A stretch of 64,000 nucleotides of DNA from Cirrosporium novae-zelandiae (taxonomy: Eukaryota): positions 558,001 to 622,000 of the forward strand of contig JAPETS010000015.1 in assembly GCA_026023565.1 (NCBI GenBank), read 5' to 3'. A program made the translations under genes and the position numbers. The stretch's first letter is position 1. Every line of letters starts with the position of its first letter. Shown one piece after another: positions 48,561 through 61,176 of this stretch. A model generated the notes under the pieces. That model was not told the DNA's origin. It saw nothing but the letters and a program-made list of their open reading frames with translations, and searched no databases.

Positions 48561-49960
48561 ATGTTTGGCTTTGAGGTTCCTAGCGTTGTTCTCGGAGCAC
48601 TGCCACTCATGATATCTGCCATGGAAAGCTTCAGTAACGGGGTAAAGCTGTTCAAAGATCTCTAGAACATACAACAATGATTTAACAACCTAAGAAGCAA
48701 TCTACAAATCCACCCTCACTCTGTTCCTCTAGCCTGTTGTCTCACCATATCAACGAGGCAGTCTATTCAGATAGACGTTCCCAAGATTGAAGCCCATCTG
48801 AAGAGTTTGGAAATCCAGTATACAAATCACAAAATATACCCGAAGATTATCAGCTCTATTAACGATGTCACAACAGACCTATAAAAATGCATGGAGAATT
48901 TAGCTAGTGCAGCGGACGGAAGAATGAGGTAAGCACATTTCGTTCGGAGGGATAAAATAATCTTACTGGATCAAACGATATAATAGATTAACAGAGGAAA
49001 AGTACAATTAAAATTCAAACAACTGATTTTGTCTTTTCGAGAAATAAACGCGAGGAACCGACGGACAGGTTAAGGAAATACGTGAATGAGTTTCAAGTAT
49101 TATATTAGGCTGACATGAAATGCGTAGAGAACCGACTACGATGGCATACATAATACTTCTTCCGGCGAAATCAGGATGATGCGTGCAGTATATAATGCTC
49201 TTATCCATCACTAGGGCTGCAGCTGTTTCGATGACCATGATGTGTATCCCCTTCCGGAGAAGATAGGCCTGGATATTAGTTACACACAGGAGAATCCTTA
49301 CGATCCCAGCCTTGTTACAATATTTATCCTCAATAAGACAGCTACGGATGGTATCCAAAAGGCGAAGGATCCGAAATTACAGTTATGGAGCTTCAGGTCG
49401 AGGAAGCCAACAGAAATCAACATTAGCTAGTTCCTCACTCTGCTGCATAATAAGAACCGAATTAACGATCAATATTAAAGGACATGCACAAGCTAAGACC
49501 TGCAATAAAGTCGCACCAGTATCGAAAAGAAGTAAAGCATACATTATCATCATCATCAAGAAATTCCAAAGCGTAAGTCACCCCCCCAATCACCTTTGAC
49601 CGTAACCCACATAATTCTACCTTTCACTAACAGCATTGGCGTAAATAATGCTCTTAAACTGCACGGAAGTTCTTGTGTATAGTTCTCGCAAAACCCGGTA
49701 CAATCAAACCAATCGAGCAATGATGGCATTGACGGAACCAGAAAAGGTGGAATAGAAAAGCTTTATTTGACTTTATAAGGAAATGTGGAGCAGAAGTGTC
49801 TTGGGTATTTGCTTGACAACTACAATTGCCATCGTGTCGAATTGCGGAAAGCAACCTGCAAAAGTAAATATCTCAACAGTGAAATTTTTTAGCCTGCATG
49901 TATTCGCTCCTAGGAACAGGGCCAGAAAACTCAGACAAAACAACTCAGCTGAAGCTGGAA
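48561..49960 (+). pseudogene. Decayed gene with a HeLo/SesA-like N-terminal helix (fungal MSGxEVAGxVLGAxP-type family); 3' boundary approximate
   Basis: The frame from ATG 48561 reads MFGFEVPSVVLGALPLMISAMESFSNGVKLFKDL*NIQQ*FNNL (TAG 48663, TGA 48678). Later remnants such as FVFSRNKREEPTDRLRKY follow a GTAAGC...CAG intron. Confidence 0.55.
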
Positions 49961-50149
49961 TATAAATTTGGATTAGCAGCCATCTTTGCGTCAACGTTGC
50001 TACGATTCAATACCATGCTCTAGCTAGCGCAAAACCAATACATCGAGGACATTCATATTTTACATATTTCAACAAAATTTGAAATTCTCTTACGATACAT
50101 CGGGACCATATTTAATGCGGAGCTATGGATCTCGAGGACCATCTGCGGT

Positions 50150-51020
50150 CGATATACCGCTTCGTAATGTTTTAATGTCAAGAGATATCGAGGGCTGAAC
50201 GTTATTCAGCATAAAAGTTGATGTCTAAAGCTGCCTAGAAATAGTGTTTTAGGGGGTACCTCGCCTCATGTTCGGAACAAGACAAGATAAATCCATTTAT
50301 TTATTCACAGGTGGTTGCTAAGCTCTTCAACTCGGGGGTCACGATCCAATCAAATATCTCTAGTGCTTTATCTCCGGCCATGCATGCGATATACATTAAC
50401 AAATTAACCTCTCTATCGATAGCCAGCCAGTACCAGGATGGACAGCGCCAAGCAGGTCGCGGCGCAGGTACAAGAGGCACCCATATCAACCCGACAATCG
50501 GATCATTTTTCCAGCAGCCGGCTAGATATCTATCTCCTCGTGCCTCTTCGAAGTATGCGGGGATGCTGGATAAAGCAGAGAGTTTATCCACCAGATCTGT
50601 TGGTTTCCGACACGAGTATGTAATACAGAGGTCTCGCCATCGGTACTGGATTGTCGACACGATTTATACTGACAGTCACATCGATTTATCCACTTTCTTG
50701 CTATGTTATCAAAAAAAAAAAAAACTCCTATTCGAGTCTACATTAAGTTCGACAGGACAACCGCGGATAAAAAGCGCGGCGGGATCATCATCTAGACCAA
50801 TATATGAATCAGAAGGGAATATGACATTAGTGAGAAGAATACAAATCCCTCTCGTTACTAATAACGCTAAAGAGAGTCGTACGGTATATATGTATGATGT
50901 TGGATACATGCCGAATCTCGATACCATAGCCCGCATCTTTTTGACTTCCTTAGTCTATACGACGGGTGATGGTTTAGACCAGCAGCAGCAATGGCTCAAT
51001 ACTCCGAGCAACCTAGCTCA
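50150..51020 (-). pseudogene. Heterokaryon-incompatibility (HET) domain protein remnant; boundaries approximate
   Basis: Degenerate post-HET motifs in broken frames: LFIRGC (compare PLxxRGW), WRDLCITYSCRKPT..DKLSALS, RYLAGCW, and RCPSWYWLAID (compare RAPSWSWAS). Confidence 0.7.
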
Positions 51021-51083
51021 TATATTTCAGCAAACCGAACTCATAGGCATCTCTGATCGACTTACATACATTCATTCGCTCAT

Positions 51084-51116
51084 TACTACTGCTACTACTA
51101 CTATTACTACTACTAT

Positions 51117-51151
<35 letters not shown>

Positions 51152-51155
51152 TTAC
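51084..51155. repeat. (ACT/ATT)n trinucleotide microsatellite
   Basis: Directly visible in the sequence. Confidence 0.9.
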
Positions 51156-51854
51156 ATAAATACAATACAATATATATACACGTTGGTACGTTGGTTATAT
51201 AAATAACAATCAATCAATCAATGGTTTCAAGATAACAAAAATAATTACTACATACATGTACTTTGGGGATGTTTTAGATAGGAACCATACATATATATGG
51301 GGGAAAAAGGGAGGGGGGTATTAAGCATACATATAGGGTCATATATAGGGACGGTATAGATGAATGGCATAATTTTTTTTATTTTTCCCTTCCTTTCTTA
51401 TGCTAGAAGGGGGAAAATAAAATAAATACATTTCGAGTAACTCAATCAAGCACTACTGCCTTATATGCAATGTAATATTGATGCATGATGCACGCGCCTA
51501 TGCCTATGCCTATGCCAATGAATGCTAACGAAGATAATCCTGACCAAAATCTTCATTCCTATTCCTATTTCCATTTCCTTGAAATGCCTTCCTATTCCTA
51601 ATATTCGCACCATATAAAAAAGCCCCCCAAGTAAAAATGCCGTAGTATTAGTAGTGTGTTTCTTATAGTGGTATCAAAATCCAAAGTCACACACATACTT
51701 TCCATACCATGCCAACAACACCAAGATGGTCGTATGTACATGTATAAAATGTCATCATGTTGATTCCCCTGTCCTGTTCCTGTTCCATCCCGAGTATAGG
51801 AACTCCTGTAAAGAATATTTCTCTAGTTGGTGGGGAGGGGGTATAGACGCGAGC

Positions 51855-53598
51855 TTAGTTCATTCCTATGTCAGTAGTAGGTTGATTCGGCATATCCTCC
51901 CGACCAGTCATTCCAACTTTCAGTTTCTCCTGATCCTGCAGGGTTTCCTTCAGCACCATTAATGATTCTGCGGCTGGATCATTTCGAAAGGCGACCTGTG
52001 TCGGCAAAATCTCCAAGCATCTTTTAAGAATCCAGTGGGCGTAGTTCCCCCATATCCGAACCATTCTTCGCTCGTTGCCAGCAATGAGCCAGCGGAGGAC
52101 GATGAAGTGCGTGGGGGTCATTTCTTCCACCGGCGGGTTGAGCAGACAGGAAAAGCTGTACCAGGCGAAGGGAGAGGGGAATGGGTTTTCTCCTGGTTTG
52201 GGGTAGATGCGCATCGAGCAGGCGGCGAACCCTGCAGCGAGGCCAATCATCCGTTGCTCGTGGATCTGTTTCGTGACCCACTGGCCCTGACCCCCATTCG
52301 CATATTTGTCAAAGTACCAGCCAATCGCTTTTTTTCCTTTCACCGTCTGTTCGGGCCCCGAGTAGCCAAAAAGAATGGGGCAGATTTTGTGGTACTTGGC
52401 CAGGAAAATGTCGATGAGGGGAATATTGTTCCATCGTACCATCTGAGTTCTCATTGTTTGAGAGAATAGGACGCCGATATTGTTGGCGGTCTCGGGACGG
52501 ACACCGCTTTCCGCGATAAATTGCTTTAGAATGGCTTTTACGAACGAGTTAAGAAGGAAAAGGACGAGCGCAGAGAATGACCCATCGCTACCGTCGTTTG
52601 GTGGGTGTGCGAGAAACTCTCTGATATTCACTGGTGGTGATTGCACTTTTGAGGCCGCTTCTAGCACTTTCCTAATTTCTTGCGACTGGATAAATATATG
52701 TCAACAACTATATCAATAAAAAGTCCCGCAAATGGTTATAACTTACAGGTGCAGTGGCACCGCCTTTCCCAAGAACTACTTGGCCAACGCGCTTGGTAAT
52801 CTCACGGCGCCAGTCGCTCATCTTTTCCGTGGCTGGGTGTTTCGCTTTTCTCTGCTGGTTCATCCACTCGCGAAACTCTTTTAGGTGTTTGTGGATCTCA
52901 AGGTATCGTTCGTGTTCTTGGCGTTTGCGATCTGGTATATGAGCTCCTGGCTCGGGCCATTTTTCAGGTGAGAGAGTAATGGGTTGCCCTTTCTTCTGGG
53001 CTTGAATCTGAGCTATAGCTTCAGCTTCCTTAGCTTGCGCCATGGAAAGCTCCCGTTTCCTCACTTCTTGTTTCCTTGATTCTTCGGCCGCAGCTTCAGC
53101 ATCTGCTTTCGCTTTCTCTACTCGGGCTCTCTCTGCCTGCTGGAGAGCTTGTTCTTCTTGCTGTTTGCGAGTTTCTGCAGCTTTCCTCTGTTGCTCTTGC
53201 CTTCTTATCTCTTCTTGGACCTTGGCTTCGGCTTCTGCCTCAGCTCGCAATCTTTCAGCCTCATGCCGCTTCCGTTCCTCCTCCTGTCGCTTCCTGAGAG
53301 CAGCGAGTCTCCCCTCTTCAACTTTTCGCCGTTCTGCCTCTTGTTTTGCTGCGAGTTCGGCAAGCAAGGTCTCAGCTGCTGAGCGAACACTGTCATGGTC
53401 GAGAGATGCTGCTGACAATGCCTTCTTATGCCCCTCGGCGCGCCGACGACCGAGTTCATCGAGTTGTTCTTGGAAATTTAAAGTTTTTGCGATTTGAAGT
53501 CGGCTTAAATCAATCAGCAGTTGTCGGGAAGGACTGTCTCGAAGACCTTTCCAAGGACTCGAGTTCGGAGTGCTCTTTGTAGACAGAGACGAATTCAT
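51855..53598 (-). CDS. GLE1: mRNA export factor Gle1 (2 exons; intron 52746-52686)
   Basis: Charged coiled-coil N-terminal half. The C-terminal domain has KAILKQFIAE, IDIFLAKYHKICPILFG and RMIGLAAGFAA. Confidence 0.85.
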
Positions 53599-54939
53599 TG
53601 TGGCTAGTTGTAATTATCGCCTTGACTAGAAATAGTGCTCTAGAGTAGGGTGGGGGGGGGATGGATTGATGAGCTAGTCAAGTAGTTGATGGGTTTGGAT
53701 TCAAAAGAAAGACCAAATCTCGGTGGTTGTTAGATTAAGCTGAGGTCAAAGAGCAATTAGGTGGCTAGTCTGTAAGCGTTGAGAGTAATTTTGGTTATCG
53801 AGTCATTACGATTGATGTTGGATTGATTGTGCTGTACATTGAGTAAAACGAATGAACAATAATAACCGTACAACGATGGACTATAGTGGGTGGTGATCAT
53901 GCAGTGTTGTATGTAATAGTGGTTGGTCGGACATCGGACGATGATTCGTTAGAAGCTCAATAGGTCAATAACGGATAATCGGGATTTATCAGCGGAGCCG
54001 CACCTTGTCTTAGTCTTGAAAGCCGAGAAGCCTAAAGATATTGTCCTTATGGCCTCAGGTGTCTAAATTATGACAAGGTGTTCAACTCATTTTATGCATC
54101 TATTTTTACAAATGAACCAACAAACTATTGATTTCATCCTTGAGTTTGAGTCTGGATACGGTAAGTTTTAGTGACTCTCAAAGCCAGCAACAAAGCCTCT
54201 TGGATCATTTGAATTGCCTAAAACCTCATAGCAGCACTCTATTGTTCCATTAATTTGGCAATTTTGCATTCCTTGACCGCTACAATTAACACCTAGGTAA
54301 TATAAGTAATATAAATTCTGCATCCGGAAAACCTCCCCCGGACTCTTAGGGTTTGGGTAAAAGGACAAAGAATCCACCAAGTTGATAAATTCAGGATGAA
54401 TATATTAAGCCTAGTATCAAATTTGATAATAGACCATAGGTATTTTAGACTGTTTCCGAAAAGACTGAACTCTCTTTTTCCTTCAATATTCTTAGGTCGG
54501 TCAAATTGAGATAGATAGAGAAGGGGAAAAGAGAGAGGGAGAGAGACAGAGAGACAGAGAAAGAGAGATAGAATAAATATTAAATAGTAGTAGAGTAAAT
54601 ATAATTAATACACAACCTCGTCCTTTTCTTTTCATTTTCTTCTTCTTCATCCTCTTCTTATTTCTATTTTTTTTCTCAAGGAAAAAGGTTTCGGGAGATA
54701 TGCTTCTAGGGTCCGATTTCTTCAAACCTCAAACTTCCTTGATCCTATACTCCACCCGCCAAGCTTGACGGCCGCTCGAAGCGACAGTGTGCCCGAGCTT
54801 CTCAATCCCCCCCATCGCTTCCACTCAGTGAACAGAACACACTGCACAACGGCACTTACCTCTATCCTACCCCGTCCACTGGTCCTACCCTCAACCATCG
54901 ACCTTTCTCATCCTTAACCACCATCTATCCTTCCCACCT

Positions 54940-54940
<1 letters not shown>

Positions 54941-54982
<42 letters not shown>
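54941..54982. repeat. Poly-C tract (C42)
   Basis: Directly visible, in the GLE1-SSD1 divergent region. Confidence 0.9.
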
Positions 54983-54983
<1 letters not shown>

Positions 54984-55706
54984 TCATCTAACTCGTCACT
55001 CCCTTTCTTGTAATACGGACGATTCTTCCCTCCTTCCCCACTACTCTTTAACCAAATATACCTTTCAATTCACCTTATCGACGGCCTCTCTGCCTTCCTT
55101 CCAGATCCAGGAGTCCTGCTGGGAAGTTAAATCGTAGTGCGCACATTTCACTTCGATTACTTCATCGATCATTTGCTTCAAATTTTCGTCCCTTCCTTCT
55201 TGGATTCCTGAGCTCTCGCAATCTCTCCTCGGCCTTGCCAAACCCTGACTGCACTGTTCATTCAGTATCAGCAGTCTTCAGCTCTACAGCTAATCAGGCG
55301 TATCCCGCCACTGGGCTCAGAATCCAGGCTTGATTTGTTGTCTATGGTTCCTGCAGTAGGGTAGATTTTCGGTACGACAAGAACTTTTTTTCACTCATTT
55401 AGTCCAGGATTACTGGTAGAAGGATATTTTTCATCAGTCTTTACATTACCACACCCCCTATTCCTCTGGTTGACTTTTTAGTCCTGGCTACGTCACAACT
55501 TGACCACCTAGTTGAAAAAACACTCAAACTAACCACATACTTTCTTTTGAATTTAGGAACGGTTGAGTCTTGCATGCTAAACATATCTGTCGAAATACAG
55601 ATCTTGAGACTCCCTCTCGTTCTTTGTATCCTATCGTTCACCCTCCTCGAAGCCTAGTTGCAGTGTATACATACCTCAGCTTTCGATCGCTCTGTCTCTT
55701 ATCAAG

Positions 55707-58700
55707 ATGGATTCTCAAGGACAACCGGCTATTCCTGGGCCAGCAGGCCGTCGTCTGCATATAGCCCACAGAAGAAGTCCATCTGAATTGACTCCGCTGA
55801 TGAGTAAGTGATGAAATCTACATTCAAACAAACGCAAAGAGCTAACTGGTGATGCATTTAGTGGAGCAACTCGCTTTACAGCAACAGATTGAACTGCTTC
55901 AACAGCAGCAACAGCAAATTGCGGCGACACACCAGCAATATGTGAATATGGGCTTGCTGCAACCCCAGCAGCAGTTACCAGGTGTCAACTCCTACTCCCC
56001 TGTCCAGGGTCAAGTTTCTATGGCTGGGCTTTCCCCTCACGCAAATGCATATCAGTTCCCTCAGCAGATGCAACAACAGCAACAGATGCAGCAGCAACAG
56101 CAGATGCAGCAACAGCACCTTGGAGGCCTGAACGCTCCCACCCAGCCCTTATCACATCGCCGTAATCAGTCGGCTATGCCCAATATGGGCATGGGCGGGC
56201 CCCCTCCAGCTCCATCTTCTGGTGCCTCTGGATCACCATTCGCCGATTTCAATCAACAAGCGGGTGGACATCCTAGAGAAGGTGGAAATCTTCGAGGTGG
56301 CCGAGGTGGTGGTCCTATGGGAGGCGGTCATCAACGCCGCCACTCTCTTGCATTACCTGAAGCCAAGAAGGCAGCGGAGCTTGCTCAGCAAAAGCGGACA
56401 TCGTCGGGTTTCCAATTCCCTATCCCAGGAGGATCAGGCGCAGCGCCTACAGGATCCAACCGATCTGACAGCCCTGCAAACTCCGAAGACAAGCCAGGGA
56501 CCCCTCAAGGTCAACAACCTGCTCCTGGTCTTACTTCTCGAGCCGGCAATCTTCGAAATATCAACCATGGTAGGAGTCAGAGCATGGCCGTGGGCAACGG
56601 TCGTGGATCTGTTCATGGTCGTGGTCCCGGCTCTTTTCAATTCCCACCTCCCATGGCAACAAACGATGCCGGAGCCAGTGGAGACTTCCAGAGACGCGGC
56701 AGTCAACCAGGTCATGGCCGATCTGCTTCAAGGAATTTCGATGGTAATTGGCGTCAACAGAACAACAACCAGAACCAGATGCAGGAGCAGCATGGTCAAA
56801 TGGGCAACTTCATGCAACCACAAAATGTGAATGCTGCAATGTTCCAACCTAATCATCGTGCTGGTAGATCTATGAACCAGTCAATCAGTTCTTTGGGGGG
56901 GTTCCAATATCCTGGCCAACCACAATTGGTCCAACTTCCCCAAGGGCAAGTTGTCATCAGCCAGCCTCAGATGTTCGCTGGTCAGCAACTTAATCAGCTT
57001 CAGCTCAATCAGCTACAGGCACTCCAGGCCGCTCAGCTCGGTGGACAACAAGTTGGACTTCAAGCCAGCCAGCACGCCCAACCTCAAATGACCAACCAAC
57101 AACAGCAGCAACAACAACGAAAGACCCTGTTTACTCCCTATCTTCCTCAAGCCAATCTCCCCGCTCTACTTGGCGACGGTCAGCTCGTCGCGGGTATTCT
57201 TAGGGTCAACAAGAAGAACCGTAGTGATGCTTACGTTACCACATCTGATCTTGATGCTGATATTTTCATCTGCGGAAGTAAGGATAGGAATCGTGCACTT
57301 GAAGGAGACCTTGTAGCAGTGGAGTTGCTTGACGTTGATGAAGTGTGGAGTCAGAAGCGCGAAAAGGAAGAGAAGAAGAAGCGTAAGGACATTACTGACA
57401 CTCGAACTGGCAGCTCCGCTGGAGTTTCAAGGAGCGATTCAGGAGCCAATGGTGACCAAAACCACGGTAACAACGGCGAGGGTGGTCTTCGACGCCGTGG
57501 CAGTCTTCGTCAGCGACCTACCCAGAAGAAGAATGATGATGTAGAAGTCGAAGGCCAAAGTCTTCTTCTGATGGAAGAAGAAGAGATTAGTGACGAGGCT
57601 AAACCGCTTTATGCAGGTCACGTCGTTGCTGTTATTGAACGAGTTGCTGGTCAAATGTTCTCTGGAACCTTAGGATTGTTGCGACCAAGCAGCCAGGCCA
57701 CAAAAGAGAAACAAGAGGCTGAACGTCAAGCCAAGGACGGCCATTCAGGAAGACACCAGCAAGATCGTCCACAAGACAAGCCTAAGATTGTCTGGTTCAA
57801 ACCTACTGATAAACGTGTTCCACTGATTGCTATTCCTACAGAACAAGCTCCTCGCGATTTTGTTGAAAAGCATCAAGATTATGCTAACCGCATATTTGTG
57901 GCCTGCATTAAGAGATGGCCTATTACCTCCCTTCATCCCTTCGGTACATTAGTTGAACAACTCGGAGAAATGGGCAACTTGCACACCGAAACTCAGGCTC
58001 TTCTCCGTGACAACAATTTTGCCTCTGAGGAGTTCTCCGAAGCTGTTTTGAAGAATGTTGGTTTCGATAATTGGTCTTTGGAAAGCGAGAATGAACCCGC
58101 CATTTCTTCCCGACGCGATTTCCGCGACGAAACTACCTTTACCCTTGAGCCCAACGGCACTTCAGAGCTTAACAATGCTGTACATATCAAGTCTCTTCCG
58201 GATGGCCAAGTTGAAGTTGGTATTCATGTTGCTGATGTCGCCCATTTCGTGAAAGCCAATTCTTTGGTTGATCGTGAGGCGAAGAAGCGGGGGACTAGCG
58301 TCTACCTCATCAATTGTACTGTTAACATGCTGCCTCCAAAGTTGGCTTCAGACATTTGTTCTCTAATTCCCGGACAAGACCGGTTGACTACTAGCGTTGT
58401 CTTTAAAGTCAACCCGCAAAATGGACACATTGCTGATGATGATATCTGGATCGGCAAGGGTATAATTAAGAGCTCGGGTAAATTGTCTTATAGCGATGTG
58501 GACTCCATACTCGAAGGCGGCGAGATGAAAATACAAGGTGTGACCGTTGAAAACATTAAATTATTGAACGCTATTGCAAGGAAGTTCCGTGAAGCACGGT
58601 TTGGACCGCGTGCCGAGACCATTCCTCCCCTTCGATTGCTATATCAGCTCGACGATGAGAATATCCCTGTTGAGCAAAACATCTTTGACTCCACCCCAGC

Positions 58701-60056
58701 GCATGAACTTGTCGAGGAATTCGAGCGCAAAGCCAATACATTTGTTGCCAAGAAATTGGCTGAAGGGCTTCCTGACAAGGCTCTGCTACGTTTACAAGAG
58801 CCTCCTAACCCTCGCCGTCTTGCCACATTTGCGGACAGGATGACAAGAATCGGATATGACATTGATACAACCAGCAGCGGATCTCTGCAGAATAGTTTGT
58901 TCCGTGTTGAAGATGATGACATTCGAAAGGTAACCGCATGCATTTACCCTTGAGCTATTTGATTACAAGTCTAACACGTGTACTAGGGTATGGAAACTTT
59001 GCTCATTAAGACTATGCGCCGGGCCAAATATTTCGTTGCGGGCTCGAAAGCTGAACACCTACGCCAGCACTTTGCCTTTAATCTCCCTCTTTATACGCAT
59101 TTCACCGACCCCCTACGTCGCTATGCTGACGTTATTGTACATCGTCAATTGGATGCCGTGCTTGCCGGAAATGAATATTCAGAAGATATTGAAAGTCTTA
59201 CCAAGACTGCAGACCAGTGCAACAACAAAAAAGACTCTGCCCAGAGTGCACAAGAACAGAGTGTTCATATTGAATCTTGCAGAAACATGGATAAAAAGCG
59301 CAATGAAGTTGGCGGCGAGCTCATCAGTGAGGGTATTGTGCTATGCGTTTACGAGTCTGCTTTTGATATTTTGATTCCCGAATATGGCTTCGAAAAGAGA
59401 GTGCACTGTGATCAGCTGCCACTCAAGAAGGCTGAATATCGCAAGAATGAGCGTGTTCTTGAACTCTACTGGGAGAAGGGTGTGCCTTCATCAGCGTATA
59501 TCCCCGAGGACGAACGGCCCAAAGCTTCAACTTCTCGTGCACTTGAAGCCGCCCGCTATGCCGAGGCACAGAAGCAGTCTGCAAAGGAGAGAGAAGAAAT
59601 GCAACGGAAGCAGACCGAGACAGCTACAATTTCCAATGATGATGTCGATGCTCTGTTCGAAGATGATGATGACGGTATGTCCGAAGTCACTGAGATGGCA
59701 GCTGGTGTATCTCTCCATTCACCTGGACGACCAACCCAGAGCATGCCGCCATCGCCAACAAGAAATGGCCTTTCCGATCAACCTCCACACCGCACTCAAT
59801 CGGATCCAAAACTTGCAACAAGTGCGACCGAAACATCCAACTCAAACAAGGAGAAGTACTTGAAGTTTTTCAAGCTCCGAGAAGTGGATGGGGAATACAT
59901 CCAAGATGTCACCGAAATGACCCGGGTTCCTGTTATTCTCAAGACGGACCTTACCAAGAGTCCTCCGTAAGTTAAATTCCCCATCACGCTATTGCCACTT
60001 TCTAACATGAACATAGATGCTTGACAATTCGTTCAATGAATCCTTACGCTCTGTAA
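55707..60056 (+). CDS. SSD1: Ssd1/Gul-1 RNA-binding RNase II-family pseudonuclease (4 exons: 55707-55803, 55862-58929, 58987-59966, 60017-60056)
   Basis: RRLHIAHRRSPSELTPLM, a Q-rich region with HxRxxS Cbk1 sites and FQFP docking motifs, LFTPYLPQA, LRVNKKNRSDAY, GSKDRNRALEGD, YTHFTDPLRRYAD, and a C-terminus SPPCLTIRSMNPYAL*. Confidence 0.97.
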
Positions 60057-61176
60057 TTTGGCTGAAAGGGAAAGTCCTGCTCAGAAACGGGCAGTTCTTA
60101 CCTGCTAATAGCGTCCTTGATTTATCTTGGTCTCTTCTCCTTTTGAATTCTTGTCTTTCATTTGTTAACAAAATTGTTAAGAAAATACTTTATTCTGTTT
60201 AGCATCTCATCACCCGTGATTTTGAAGACGTGGGATGGTGTGAAGGATGACGGGCGAGCGTGATGCTGACCAATAGATATAACTACGCCGTTACAGTCGT
60301 GGGTTAATCTTTAAAGCAATAATCACTTTGCTTGGCAGTGAAATAGGAACAGTAGTGGTGGATAGTTGATACTGCTGAGAAACGATGGTGAATGGGCGAG
60401 GGGACTTTTCCAACTTACTTGTTTCAAGCGTAAGGGAGGCAATGGAGATCATACAGGGAGAATATTTTTAACTTCAAGTGTTCTTTTTTTTTGAGAGCCT
60501 GTAGCTAGGAATTATGTTACCTATGTATTGCTTTTGGTTGCTTGTTAAGGAAGGTAGACTTATTAATCTGCGAAATATAAATCTCCCTGCTCGGAACGTT
60601 CCCGTTTTTCTTTTGGTTGGTGAGTGGAGCAAAGACTTTTTGGGTATGTTATGTCTCCAGCGCACATTATTCAATAATTGCTTCTCTCCGCTTAGATGAT
60701 TTCGCATATTCACACATACCTCCCAAGGGCCTCGTCTTATTTATTTATCTATCTACTTATATTTAAGGATTTACTTACTAGATTAGAGCTGAATCTTGAA
60801 AGGGTTTTTATCTGTGGTAGGTAGATAAGTGAAATAGTATGTAACCACCATGGTATATGTACATGTACATGCATTGTATAACGTACTCCAAAAAATTTCT
60901 GGTCAATAGCTGCTTTTGCCGCCTTTATATATGTATACTTTTACTCATCGAGATAGATAGATGGTAGATGGTAATTTTGTTTTGCTAATTCAAGTTTGGA
61001 TTTGGATTTTTACTTTGAGTGTAAGTATATATTGGGAATGGGTGGATGGATGAGGTGGTTTTTTTTTTTTTTTCGTTGTATTCAATTCGATTTTGTGCAT
61101 TTCAGTTTATATACATACGTACATACTTGCATACATACATATACACATATATCCATAACCCCTCCCCCTACCCCAA

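Noticed and set aside
50311..51159. 282-aa plus-strand ORF
   Set aside because: Antisense to the HET remnant, lacks an ATG at its listed start and ends in an (ACT)n microsatellite; no protein-like features.
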